From positions 352,001 through 416,000 of the forward strand of contig OZ253553.1 in assembly GCA_965262715.1 (NCBI GenBank): DNA of 64,000 nucleotides. The letters run 5' to 3'. This DNA comes from Bdellovibrionales bacterium. Its GTDB lineage: Bacteria; Bdellovibrionota; Bdellovibrionia; Bdellovibrionales; JAUICD01. The notes below the pieces were generated by a model. It saw nothing but the letters and a program-made list of their open reading frames with translations. It was not told the DNA's origin and made no database searches. Below, in pieces: positions 20,360 to 30,516 of the stretch; the stretch's first letter is position 1; each line of letters begins with the position of its first letter. The translations under genes were made by a program, and so were the position numbers.

Positions 20360-21141
20360 TGGATCAATTAAAGATGAATGGGCTTAATGGACAAGATGTT
20401 GTTATTAAGACAACAGATCTGACTATTTCTTATGGAGAAAATACTGCTATAAAGAATGTCTCTTTGGATATTATTAAATCGAAGGTATCTGCTATTATTG
20501 GGCCTTCTGGTTGTGGCAAGAGTACAATTTTAAGGTCATTTAATAAAATGAATGATTTTATTGAAACCCTTATTCAATCAGGATCTATTTTTATTGGATC
20601 AAAAAATATCTTAAGTGAAAAAGTGAATGTGGTAGAATTGAGAAGAAAAGTGGGTATGGTTTTTCAAAGCCCTAATCCTTTTCCTAAATCTATTATGAAA
20701 AACGTACTTTGGGCTCCAAAAGTCAATGGGTTAGAATTTGATGGAGATGAATTACTTGAAAGTTCATTAAGAAAAGCTGCTTTGTGGGATGAGGTGAAGG
20801 ACCGTCTTAACAGCTCTGCTCTCACACTATCTGGAGGTCAACAGCAAAGGCTGTGTATTGCTAGAACTATTGCTATGAACCCTGAAATTATCTTGATGGA
20901 TGAACCTTGTTCTAGTTTAGATCCTAGGTCCACTTCTAAGATTGAGGAACTTATTTTAGAGCTTTCAAAAGTTTATACGATTGTGATTGTTACACATAAT
21001 ATGCAGCAAGCTTCTCGCATTTCTGATTTCACACATTTTTTCTATGAAGGTCGTTTGATTGAATCCGGAAAGACAGCCCGAATTTTTACAAACCCTAAAG
21101 AGAAGAGAACAGAAGATTACATTACTGGTAAATTTGGCTAG
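20356..21141 (+). CDS. pstB: Phosphate ABC transporter ATP-binding protein PstB
   Basis: [44 protein letters not shown]. Confidence 0.96.
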   Translation: MMDQLKMNGLNGQDVVIKTTDLTISYGENTAIKNVSLDIIKSKVSAIIGPSGCGKSTILRSFNKMNDFIETLIQSGSIFIGSKNILSEKVNVVELRRKVGMVFQSPNPFPKSIMKNVLWAPKVNGLEFDGDELLESSLRKAALWDEVKDRLNSSALTLSGGQQQRLCIARTIAMNPEIILMDEPCSSLDPRSTSKIEELILELSKVYTIVIVTHNMQQASRISDFTHFFYEGRLIESGKTARIFTNPKEKRTEDYITGKFG

Positions 21142-21523
21142 AGGTTGTTGCTATTTCGAGGCAAGGTATTGCAATTCCAAGCTATATCTTATTAACTTTA
21201 TTTTAATCTGGTAGTCAGGCAATTAAAAAAACAGGCAAGTTGTATCTGTTATCAGTAACTTTAAACTTTCGCACCTATAAGATTTTCTTTAAATGGAATA
21301 AATGGATGCTTATTGTATGATTCAATAAGGTTCTTCTTTTAGTGCTTTTTATTACTTTTTGACAGCTAAAGCTTGTTTTTAGCACTTGCATAATAAGATC
21401 ATCTTCTATTTATTGGCACTTCACATAATAATGTCGTTTTTAACTTTATTTTATGATATATGAGGGTTGGTTTTGCAAAGGATATCTTGTTTTCAGTTGA
21501 TATGACATGGGTTTGATAAAGAT

Positions 21524-22042
21524 ATGAAATATCAAAAGAGCTTAAATCAGATTTTAGAAATTATATTTGTTCTTTTAATGGTCATTATAACTTTTATGGC
21601 TGAAGTTTCTATTGCAAAGTATAATCTAGTAGAAGCAATGTTAGATGGTGACTTAGAAGCTGTTCGTGCTTTTATCGGAAATGAAGAAACAGATGTTAAT
21701 ATGCCAATAAGTTCTTATGGTATAACTATACTTATGGAAACTGCTTATCGTGAGCATACAGAAGCTGTTAAGTTTCTTATAAGGAGAGCTGATATAGGTA
21801 TAGATTTGCAAGATGAGATGGGTATAACAGCCTTAATGAGAGCCGTTTTTAAAGATAATAAAGAGATAGTAAGAATTCTTGTCGATGCAGGAGCAGATGT
21901 GCACATACCAGATCGAAATAATTTTTCAGCTTTAGATTATGCAGCTGTGAGAGGCAACACAGAAATTATGGAAATTCTTTTAAGTAAAACAAAAGGCAAG
22001 GGTTACTGTTTAGATGCGCTTTTATCAAAAAAAATACATTAA
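21524..22042 (+). CDS. Secreted ankyrin-repeat protein
   Basis: GITALMRAVFKDNKEIVRILVDAGAD, SALDYAAVRGNTEIMEILL. Confidence 0.88.
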   Translation: MKYQKSLNQILEIIFVLLMVIITFMAEVSIAKYNLVEAMLDGDLEAVRAFIGNEETDVNMPISSYGITILMETAYREHTEAVKFLIRRADIGIDLQDEMGITALMRAVFKDNKEIVRILVDAGADVHIPDRNNFSALDYAAVRGNTEIMEILLSKTKGKGYCLDALLSKKIH

Positions 22043-22084
22043 AGCTGGCTATACAATCTTTTATTTTGCTTTCTTCAAATCACT

Positions 22085-22720
22085 TTATAAAATAGAAACA
22101 AAACTATTATTTTTAATATAAAACCTAAGAGGCCAAAAAGCTGCCTCTCCAGAGTTTTGAATGCCTATACGATTCGTCTTGCAAACTTGCTGAGGTGAAA
22201 TAGGCTTGGCATCTAAAACATAAATAGAAGGGTAAGGTCTTTTTTGTGTGAGGTCCCATTTATTATGATTTAAATTAAAACCAAAAGCTTGACAAAGTTT
22301 TCCTGGTCCTGAAGTTAGATAAGAGATGTCTTGATTTTTAAAAACTCTTTTGGAAGGACGATTTTTCTTCATATAGGATAATCCTTCTAAAGGTTCAACA
22401 GCTCTTATCAAAACAGCCTCAGGTGTTTTGATACCCTCTGTTATAAAGTTCATACAGTGATACATACCATAAATAAAATAAACATAAGTGTGGCCAGCAT
22501 CTTGATAGAGATTTAAATTTCTAGGAGTTTTTTTGCCTCCAAAAGAATGACATGCTGGATCATTTAAGCCTAAATAGGCCTCTGTCTCTACAATAATGCC
22601 AGACAAATAATGTCCTGACTCATTTTGGTAAACTAAGGTCTTACCTAAAAGTTTAAGAGCTACAACCTTAGCAGATCTTTGATAAAAGCTTTTTGTTAAG
22701 ATTTTATTTGATGAACTCAT
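22085..22720 (-). CDS. mpg: DNA-3-methyladenine glycosylase (MPG/AAG family)
   Basis: GIIVETEAYLG..DPACHS, YVYFIYGMYHC, AVLIRAVEP, GPGKLCQA, RIGI. Confidence 0.93.
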   Translation of the reverse strand: MSSSNKILTKSFYQRSAKVVALKLLGKTLVYQNESGHYLSGIIVETEAYLGLNDPACHSFGGKKTPRNLNLYQDAGHTYVYFIYGMYHCMNFITEGIKTPEAVLIRAVEPLEGLSYMKKNRPSKRVFKNQDISYLTSGPGKLCQAFGFNLNHNKWDLTQKRPYPSIYVLDAKPISPQQVCKTNRIGIQNSGEAAFWPLRFYIKNNSFVSIL

Positions 22721-22876
22721 AAAATATATAAATATTTCAAAACAGGGGCCTTGACAATATAAAATATGCACACACCTTTAAAATAGAAGTAATGATTTAA
22801 TAAGATAGCTGGTTTTAAGGCTCATATTTGCAAGATAAATGATTAACAAGACAGGTAAAATTAAGGAGGTGTTATT

Positions 22877-23320
22877 ATGTTATCCAAAGATCTTTCAAAA
22901 CGTAATTATTTTTTAAAGGAAGGGGTTTCACCTTTATCATTGATTGACTCTTTTTTTAAGGAGGCTAGTAAAGATTATTTTTCACCTTTAAATAATGAAG
23001 GATTTTTTCCAAAAGTTAATGTTGTAGAAGTAGACAAGGATTATCAGATACAAGCTGAGCTACCTGGTATGACTGAAAAAGATTTTGAAGTTTCTATAGA
23101 AGATGGTATTTTAGAGCTTTCAGGAGAAAAAAAGGAAGCTCATCAAGATGAGGGTTCTTGTTATAGTATTCAAGAGGTATATACTGGAAAGTTCCAAAGA
23201 CAATTTCATCTTCCAAAAGGTGTTAATAGCAAAGGCATTAAGGCTCAATTTGAAAATGGTCTGCTCTCACTTAGAATTCCAAAAGCTTTAAGTGCTAAAA
23301 CAAAAGTTCAGATCAATTAA
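22877..23320 (+). CDS. Hsp20/alpha-crystallin small heat-shock protein
   Basis: PKVNVVE, AELPG, GKFQRQFHLP, AQFENGLLSLRIPK; RBS aaggagg. Confidence 0.93.
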   Translation: MLSKDLSKRNYFLKEGVSPLSLIDSFFKEASKDYFSPLNNEGFFPKVNVVEVDKDYQIQAELPGMTEKDFEVSIEDGILELSGEKKEAHQDEGSCYSIQEVYTGKFQRQFHLPKGVNSKGIKAQFENGLLSLRIPKALSAKTKVQIN

Positions 23321-23335
23321 AGTTTATTCCCTCTT

Positions 23336-23372
23336 AACACCTATACTCTTTAAAATGTATAGGTGTTTATTT
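23336..23372 (+). terminator. Hairpin terminator after hsp20
   Basis: aacacctatac...gtataggtgtt stem followed by a T-rich tract. Confidence 0.55.
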
Positions 23373-23474
23373 TTAGAGATTGTTGTTTGGATTAGAATAT
23401 CTTATTTTAGATTGTCAAAGTGTCTAACTTTCTGATTTCTAAGATTTTAAAAATTGTGTTTAGAGGTGACAGGA

Positions 23475-25673
23475 ATGAATTACAATAATGTACAAGATCA
23501 AAATATATCTCAGCCAAATATCACAAAATATGGAAGGGATTTAGTTGAGATTGCAAAAAGTGGTCACCTTGACCCTGTGATTGGAAGGAACTTTGAAATA
23601 AGAAGAGTGATTCGTATTTTATCTCGTAAGACAAAAAACAATCCTGTTCTTATAGGGGAAGCCGGAGTTGGCAAGACAGCTATTGCAGAGGGACTTGCTC
23701 AAAGAATAGTTAAAGGAGATGTTCCAGATGCCCTTAAAAACAAAACCATTTTTGCATTAGATATAGCCTCTTTAGTGGCAGGCGCTAAATTTTTAGGTGA
23801 GTTTGAAGAGCGTTTAAAGTCAGTGTTATCTGAGGTTAAAAAATCTGACGGGCGCATTTTACTTTTTATTGATGAACTTCACACCATTGTAGGGGCAGGT
23901 AAAACAGAAGGGGCTATGGATGCAGGGCAAATTTTAAAGCCACTGCTTGCAAGGGGTGAGCTTCACTGTATTGGAGCAACCACTTTAGATGAATACAGGC
24001 AATATATAGAGAAAGACATGGCTTTAGAAAGACGTTTTCAACCTGTTTTTGTAAATCCCCCTTCTGTGGATGATACTATTTCTATTTTAAGAGGTTTAAG
24101 GGAACGTTTCGAGGTTTATCATGGGGTGCGTATACATGATGCTGCTTTAGTGTCAGCAGCTGTTTTATCAGACAGATATATCAATGATCGTTTCTTGCCA
24201 GATAAGGCTATTGATCTTGTGGATGAGGCTTGTGCTACAATTCGTACAGAATTAGATTCTATGCCTGCAGAATTAGATCAAGTCACTCGCAGGGTTTTGC
24301 AATTAGAGATTGAAGAGACTGCATTAAAAAAGGAGACCGATGCTTCAAGTCAAGAGAGGTTAAAATTAGTTAAACAGGAGCTTGAAAAATTAAAAAAATC
24401 TTCAAATGAGATGAAAAAACAATGGGAAAAAGAGAAAGCTTCTGTTCAGAGTGTCAGAAAGCTGAGAAAAGAGATTGAATCTGTAAGACGTGATATTGAA
24501 AGATATGAAAGGCAGTACAATCTTGAAAAAGTTGCAGAATTAAAACTTGGAAAATTACCAGAGTTAGAAAAAACATTAAAAAAAGAAGAAGCGCAAATAG
24601 AAAAAAATGCAGAATCAAATAAGCTTTTGTCTGAAGCTGTCACTGAAAAAGAAATACACGATATTATTTCTAATTGGACAGGCATTCCACTTTCTAAGCT
24701 TTTAAAAGGAGAAAAGGAAAAACTATTGCATCTTACTGATGAACTTCACAAGCGTGTGATTGGGCAGAATGAAGCTGTTAAGTATGTCTGTGATAGTATA
24801 ATGCGAGCAAGAGCGGGTATTAAAGATCCTCAGAGGCCTATTGGCTCTTTTTTGTTTTTGGGACCAACAGGAGTTGGCAAAACAGAACTAGCCAAGGCTT
24901 TAGCAGAAGCTCTTTTTGATACAGAAAATAATATCATTAGAATAGATATGAGTGAATATATGGAAAAGCATGCTGTCAGTCGTTTGATAGGAGCCCCTCC
25001 TGGATATGTTGGGTTTGAAGATGGTGGTTACCTTACAGAAGCTGTAAGGCGTAGGCCCTACTCTGTGATTCTATTAGATGAAGTAGAAAAGGCACATCCT
25101 GAAGTCTCTCATATTTTACTGCAAATTTTAGATGATGGTCGTTTGACAGACTCAAAAGGACGTACAGTTGATTTTAAAAATACAGTTTTGATTATGACAT
25201 CTAATGCAGGTGCTTCACATATTCTGGAATCTTTAGAGGATAAAAAATTATCAAAAAATAAAAATTCTCCTTTTGTTACTCTTGAAGTAAAAAAGCTTGT
25301 ATTGAAAGAATTGCATCTTTTATTTCGTCCGGAGTTTTTAAATAGGGTTGATGAAATTGTGATGTTCTCTCCTCTTGATTCATCACAGCTTCTGCAAATA
25401 GTGGATATACAAGTTAAAAGGATCTGTGACCGCCTTAAATCGCGTAAGATTTCTATTACACTGACAGATAAGGCTAAAAAGTTCATTGTGGAGCAATCGT
25501 ATGATCCTATGTATGGGGCAAGGCCTGTTAAGAGGTTCTTACAAAGAAATCTTGAGACTTATTTAGCTCAAGCTGTCTTAGAAGGTCAGATTGTAGATGA
25601 GCAAGATGTTACTATTGATGTCAATTCAAAAGGTCAAATGTATCTAAAAATGGTCTCAAAAATACTAGATTGA
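23475..25673 (+). CDS. clpB: ClpB-type AAA+ disaggregase lacking the N-terminal domain
   Basis: Two Walker A motifs ([16 protein letters not shown]), M-domain coiled coil, [11 protein letters not shown]; begins about 15 aa before KYGRDL. Confidence 0.9.
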   Translation: MNYNNVQDQNISQPNITKYGRDLVEIAKSGHLDPVIGRNFEIRRVIRILSRKTKNNPVLIGEAGVGKTAIAEGLAQRIVKGDVPDALKNKTIFALDIASLVAGAKFLGEFEERLKSVLSEVKKSDGRILLFIDELHTIVGAGKTEGAMDAGQILKPLLARGELHCIGATTLDEYRQYIEKDMALERRFQPVFVNPPSVDDTISILRGLRERFEVYHGVRIHDAALVSAAVLSDRYINDRFLPDKAIDLVDEACATIRTELDSMPAELDQVTRRVLQLEIEETALKKETDASSQERLKLVKQELEKLKKSSNEMKKQWEKEKASVQSVRKLRKEIESVRRDIERYERQYNLEKVAELKLGKLPELEKTLKKEEAQIEKNAESNKLLSEAVTEKEIHDIISNWTGIPLSKLLKGEKEKLLHLTDELHKRVIGQNEAVKYVCDSIMRARAGIKDPQRPIGSFLFLGPTGVGKTELAKALAEALFDTENNIIRIDMSEYMEKHAVSRLIGAPPGYVGFEDGGYLTEAVRRRPYSVILLDEVEKAHPEVSHILLQILDDGRLTDSKGRTVDFKNTVLIMTSNAGASHILESLEDKKLSKNKNSPFVTLEVKKLVLKELHLLFRPEFLNRVDEIVMFSPLDSSQLLQIVDIQVKRICDRLKSRKISITLTDKAKKFIVEQSYDPMYGARPVKRFLQRNLETYLAQAVLEGQIVDEQDVTIDVNSKGQMYLKMVSKILD

Positions 25674-25693
25674 ACTTACCTTAATGTAATGAT

Positions 25694-25890
25694 CTAGAGT
25701 TATGGCAGGCTTCTTTCATAAGCAAGTAGGCAACCCCCATGCCTTGTATTGCTGTTACTTTGTGATTTTCTTATGGAATAAAACATTTTATAAAAGTTTT
25801 GTCTCCTAAGGCATTGGCCTAGTCCTATTCCAGAAGCCTGCCATAAATCTCTAGCACACAAACTAAAGTTGATCTTTATGCAACAAGCCC
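25694..25890. mobile_element. Relic IS903-like end: family D IR-bounded segment plus TIR
   Basis: IR ctagagttatggcaggcttct / agaagcctgccataaatctctag; interior matches reverse complement of 5803-5957; TIR-like atctttatgcaacaagccc at 25872-25890. Confidence 0.7.
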
Positions 25891-26049
25891 TCTCAATATT
25901 GCAAAATGCAAAGCTTATTTTTGAGACCACTTCTAAGTAAAATGACCTGTTTCTGTCTTTGATATGAAATGGCATGCTATATTTAAGTTTGATGATATAT
26001 CAGGGGTTATGATTTTTTGAAAATAAAATATTAAAAAGCCCTAGGTTTG

Positions 26050-26502
26050 TTATTTCCTTCTCTCAAAAGCTTGTTTTGCTTCTTCACTGGCTTTTACAAG
26101 AGAAAGATCAGAGAATATTATTACTAATTCTTTTCCATCGAGAAATTCTATATAAAATTCTACTATGCCATCAGGTTGAAGATTAGTGGTTATAATTTTG
26201 GCATAAATTATATCACCTTCTCTTGATGGAAAAGAAATGTACTCTGCAAAATAAGGGGTATCAGGATGTGCGTCTACAGCTTGTTCAGTATTAGTAGATG
26301 GTGTTGAGGAGTCATCTCTAGGGAAACTTAAAATGGACCCAAATACATCAACTATAACTCCGTTCGTAAGGTTTTCCTCTAAAGTCATAAGTTCAACTAC
26401 ACAATTAATCGCAGGATCTATTGACCAGCTATAAGATGAGGAAGATAGGGTCAGGAACATAAAGAGACTTAAAGTCATGGTATTTTTTATTCTTTTTTTC
26501 AT
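26050..26502 (-). CDS. Secreted hypothetical protein
   Basis: 150-aa ORF, signal peptide, RBS aggag. Confidence 0.6.
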   Translation of the reverse strand: MKKRIKNTMTLSLFMFLTLSSSSYSWSIDPAINCVVELMTLEENLTNGVIVDVFGSILSFPRDDSSTPSTNTEQAVDAHPDTPYFAEYISFPSREGDIIYAKIITTNLQPDGIVEFYIEFLDGKELVIIFSDLSLVKASEEAKQAFERRK

Positions 26503-26599
26503 ATATCACTCCTAGTTTCAAATCAAAATAAGTATTTACCTACTTTTTTCAACTTTACTTCTTTAATTTTAAATAGACAAAGGGCCTTCTTTATTATTG

Positions 26600-26913
26600 G
26601 GTGGATTCAAGTTGCAAGTGCAACTCCTTGCATAGTTATTTAAAGCGGGTTAGAGGAATACTCTAATCAATCTCTTTAAATAATGAAAGGAGTATTCCAT
26701 GAGCAATTACACTCATCTAACCCAACATGAGAGATACCAGATTTTAGCTTTTTTGCAAAGTGGAAAATCAATAAGTTCAATTGCTACTCAGGTAGGTCGA
26801 GATAAAAGCACCATATATAGGGAATTGAATCGTAACAAAGGCTTGCGAGGTTATCGTCCTCAACAAGCCCATGAAAAAGCGGTTTATCGTCTTCAAAACT
26901 CTCATAGACATAT
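26600..26913 (+). mobile_element. IS30 5' fragment, truncated by a second copy
   Basis: IRL plus first ~71 transposase codons, ending at catat where the next IRL starts. Confidence 0.88.
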
Positions 26914-28248
26914 GGTGGATTCAAGTCGTAAGTGCAACTCCTTGCATAGTTGTTTAAAGCGGGTTAGAGGAATACTCTAGTCCATACGCTTTAAACACAG
27001 AAAGGAGTATTCCATGAGCTACACTCATCTAACCCAACATGAGAGATACCAGATTTTAGCTTTTTGCAAAGTGGAAAATCAATAAGTTCAATTGCTACTC
27101 AGGTAGGTCGAGATAAAAGCACCATATATAGGGAATTGAATCGCAACAAAGGTTTGCGAGGTTATCGTCCTCAACAAGCCCATGAAAAAGCAGTCGATCG
27201 TCTTCAAAACTCTCATAGACATATAAAGATAACACAAAAAGTCATTAATAAGCTTGAGAGGTTTCTTCGTGATCGTTTGAGTCCGGAACAGATATCCGGT
27301 TTTCTTAAACGAAAAGGTTTGTCTATAAGTCATGAGAGTATTTATCAGCATATTCTTGGAGATAAGCAATCAGGAGGAGATCTCTACAAATTTTTAAGAT
27401 GTCAGAGGCAACGGAAGAAGCGATATGGTACAAGTAGATTTGATAAAAGGGGTCAGATAAAGAATAGAGTGAGCATTGATAAAAGGCCTAAGATAGTAGA
27501 TAAGAAGAGTCGGATAGGAGACTGGGAAGGTGATCTAATGATAGGTAGACATCATAAAGGAGCTTTAGTCACGCTGGTAGATAGATGTTCTAAGAAGACG
27601 AGGATTGTCAAAATAGAATCTAAGAGATATGAGGCAGTTTTTCATGCTATTTCTAAAGCTCTTAAAGGAGAGGTTGTTCATACAATGACTTTGGATAATG
27701 GTAAAGAGTTTTCGTGTCATGAGAAGATCAGTGAATATACTGGATGTAAAGTTTATTTTGCACATCCTTACAGTTCATATCAGAGAGGTTTAAATGAGAA
27801 CACGAATGGTTTAATCCGTCAGTATTTTCCAAAGAAGACAGATTTTAGAGAAATCGCCTCTAAGGATGTAAAAAAGGTTGAGTTTTTTTTAAACCATCGC
27901 CCTCGAAAGAGTTTAGGTTTTCTAACTCCTAATGAGTTTCATAGACAAAAGATGGTTTGCTGAAGTTATTCATAGTTTATCCATTTAATTTTACTTATAT
28001 ATAATAACTTCTGAAAATGCTTATTTGACAGCTTGATGTTTATGGCAAAGGATCGTTCTTCCGCAGAGCTTTAGCTCGAAGACTACGAGACTTTGCCATA
28101 AACATCAAAATACATTCATTCAAATTAAATAATTTACAATAATCTTTCATGATAATTAAAACTTTGTTGAAATATTAATCTTAAAATGATACAACTTTTA
28201 AAAATATCTATAAACATAAAAGAGTTGCACTTGTGATTTGAAGTTACG
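26914..28248 (+). mobile_element. IS30 full-length copy with frameshifted transposase
   Basis: Both IRs present; ATG 27014 is out of frame with 27064-27963 because of a T5 instead of T6 run at 27061. Confidence 0.9.
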
Positions 28249-28347
28249 AAATAATAAATAGAAGTTATCTCAAAAATAAGTTTTGTATTTTGCTTTTGCG
28301 AGTTAAAATAGTGATCTGGAAATCCGGCAAGTAAGTTGTCATGAACC

Positions 28348-28593
28348 ATCCTATATAACAGTTTTTAGTAAGTAAATCTTGATACTTATGGCAAAGGATC
28401 GTTCTTCCGCAGAGCTTTAGCTCGAGGACTACGAGACTTTGCCATAAATATCAAAATACACCATTCAAATAAAATAATTTACAATAATCTTTCATGATAA
28501 TTAAAACTTTGTTGGAATATTAATTCTAAAATGATACAACTTGTAAAAATATCTATAAACACAAAAGTGTTGCACTTGCGATTTGAAGTTACG
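28348..28593 (+). mobile_element. IS30 3' fragment (hairpin plus IRR)
   Basis: Matches 9262-9508 and 28033-28248; ends gttgcacttgcgatttgaagttacg. Confidence 0.85.
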
Positions 28594-28603
28594 CAATAAT
28601 AGT

Positions 28604-29215
28604 TTAAGGGGTTTTGTTTAATTGTTGCAGGCGTGTACGGGCTTTTCGAGCCTCTAGTGTTTTTGGCTGTTTATTAACAAGCTCTGTGTAAAAAGATTTA
28701 GCCTCTTGCTGAAGGTTGAGCTTCTCAAAAGAAAGCCCAATTTTAAAAGTAGCATCAGGCCAATGTTGACCATCTGGGTTTTTTGAACGGTACTTTTCAT
28801 AAGTTAAAATAGCATTTTGCCATTGCTCTTTACGAAAAAGATTTTCTGCTTCTAAATAATGTAAAGCTTTTGGAGATGTTTTTGTAGTGATAAAGATATT
28901 GTTTTCTAAAGTCTTGACTTTTTCAGACAATTTATTGATTTGAGTTTTTAATGAACGCACCTCTGTCAAAACCTCATCAGATGGAGATGTAGGCTCTTTT
29001 TGTTGTAACTGCTGCATTTGATGTTCAAGAGATTCCAGTCGCCCGTTAAAGTGTCTCATGCTGGTTTCTAGCTCAGTGATTTGCTCCTGAGCACTGCGTT
29101 TTTGAGATGGATTGGAGACTTCGTCACCAATTTGCTTTCTTGTTTTTAAGCCTGTACAACCAGACAAGACCAATGCAACAAAACTCAAAAAAATAAAATA
29201 AATAAAAGCCTTCAT
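28604..29215 (-). CDS. CpoB/YbgF-like Tol-Pal TPR lipoprotein
   Basis: Lipobox LSGC, coiled coil, C-terminal TPRs (DATFKIGLSF...AKSFYTELV); downstream of pal. Confidence 0.8.
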   Translation of the reverse strand: MKAFIYFIFLSFVALVLSGCTGLKTRKQIGDEVSNPSQKRSAQEQITELETSMRHFNGRLESLEHQMQQLQQKEPTSPSDEVLTEVRSLKTQINKLSEKVKTLENNIFITTKTSPKALHYLEAENLFRKEQWQNAILTYEKYRSKNPDGQHWPDATFKIGLSFEKLNLQQEAKSFYTELVNKQPKTLEARKARTRLQQLNKTP

Positions 29216-29295
29216 ATTCTCTCCATGGTTGTCTCTTCCAATTGCATCTTTATTTATTTACTTATGTATATACCACAGTCATATCAAAAAGAATA

Positions 29296-29610
29296 TCAAA
29301 AAGGAGGATCACCTGACTGTGCTTTCTTGCTCCTTGCCATATTTTCTGCTTTTTCTGCATATAATCTGGTTTGTTTGAAAGCTTCAGATGAAAGACGATA
29401 CTGCTTTTCTTTATAGTACATTTGTCCCTTTTGATAAAACTGTTGTGCCCTGTTCCAATACCCAGGAGCCAAGTGCACTGCATTGGCATTTTCTGCTGCC
29501 TTAATTGCTGTAAGTGCTATTGTATATTCTAAAACAGGCGTGCTATCTGTTTGACACCCTGTGATAAAGAACAAAAAAATAAGTAAGCTTTTTTTCATTT
29601 GTTTCCTCAT
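29296..29610 (-). CDS. DUF4398-like lipoprotein
   Basis: ITGC lipobox; A..AI.AA...A...AP.....A pattern and YAEKAE. Confidence 0.6.
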   Translation of the reverse strand: MRKQMKKSLLIFLFFITGCQTDSTPVLEYTIALTAIKAAENANAVHLAPGYWNRAQQFYQKGQMYYKEKQYRLSSEAFKQTRLYAEKAENMARSKKAQSGDPPF

Positions 29611-29736
29611 AGAAATGACGATCTTTTCAAAGCGATTTCCTTGCAGAACTTATTTAATGAGCATTTACAAGGAGTTAAGGCACTTTGAGGAGGAATAAGC
29701 ATCGTATAACTTTATTATGTGCCCTATTCTTGATTT

Positions 29737-30300
29737 TCATCTAAGAGGCATAAAATTCACCCTTCTGTTTTTTAGATGATCTGCTCTTAAGTCACCTTCA
29801 GAAAGTAGCTTTTCCTCACCAAAACTGATGACATTCAACCTTTGAGGAGAAGCTCCAAGCTCTATTAAATAGGATTTAACAGTTTGCGCTCTTCTCTCTC
29901 CAAGAGCTAAATTGTACTCTAAAGACCCCCTTTTATCACAATGTCCTTCAAGTTGTAGAGAGACATCATTGTGCTTACGTATCCATTCCATATTTTGGTT
30001 CAACTTTTGTTTTGCGTCATCTGTTAATGTGAACTTATCATAATCAAAATGAATTGTATAAAGTCCTTCAATTTCCCCGCTGTCACTACCTGATGGATTA
30101 AAATCAATTGGAGCTGACTGAGGTAACCCTTCTTCTATATCTGACTCTGTAGGCTCCTCTACAGAAGGTGTTGAAGAGCAAGCTGCAATAAACAAACACA
30201 TCACTAAAAAAAGCAGTATTCGTTTTGCTTGGAAACTTTTTTTATAGAATATGCAGTTTTGTATTAACTGTTGTGTATGAAGAAATAGCTTTTGTATCAT
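29737..30300 (-). CDS. pal: Peptidoglycan-associated lipoprotein Pal (OmpA family)
   Basis: AAC lipobox, IHFDYD, LEGHCDKRGSLEYNLALGERRA, ISFGEE, KNRRVNF. Confidence 0.92.
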   Translation of the reverse strand: MIQKLFLHTQQLIQNCIFYKKSFQAKRILLFLVMCLFIAACSSTPSVEEPTESDIEEGLPQSAPIDFNPSGSDSGEIEGLYTIHFDYDKFTLTDDAKQKLNQNMEWIRKHNDVSLQLEGHCDKRGSLEYNLALGERRAQTVKSYLIELGASPQRLNVISFGEEKLLSEGDLRADHLKNRRVNFMPLR

Positions 30301-30516
30301 TGTTTCTTACCCTCCTTAACGTTTTAGGATAGGTTTCATTCTTACTAACTACTACAAGGCTCAATATGACTAGTATAAAACATTTATAACTACTCTACAA
30401 TAGTTCAAATGATTGTCAATAATTAAGTGATTCATAATTTGACAAAAACTGTAAGGAACATTAAAAGTTTTCTTACCTATATAAATTGTTAGAGATTAAA
30501 ACTTATAAGGATAACT

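Noticed and set aside
22750..22790. CIRCE or sigma-32 heat-shock element upstream of hsp20-clpB
   Set aside because: TTGACA is present but there is no properly spaced -10 and no TTAGCACTC-N9-GAGTGCTAA; too weak to call
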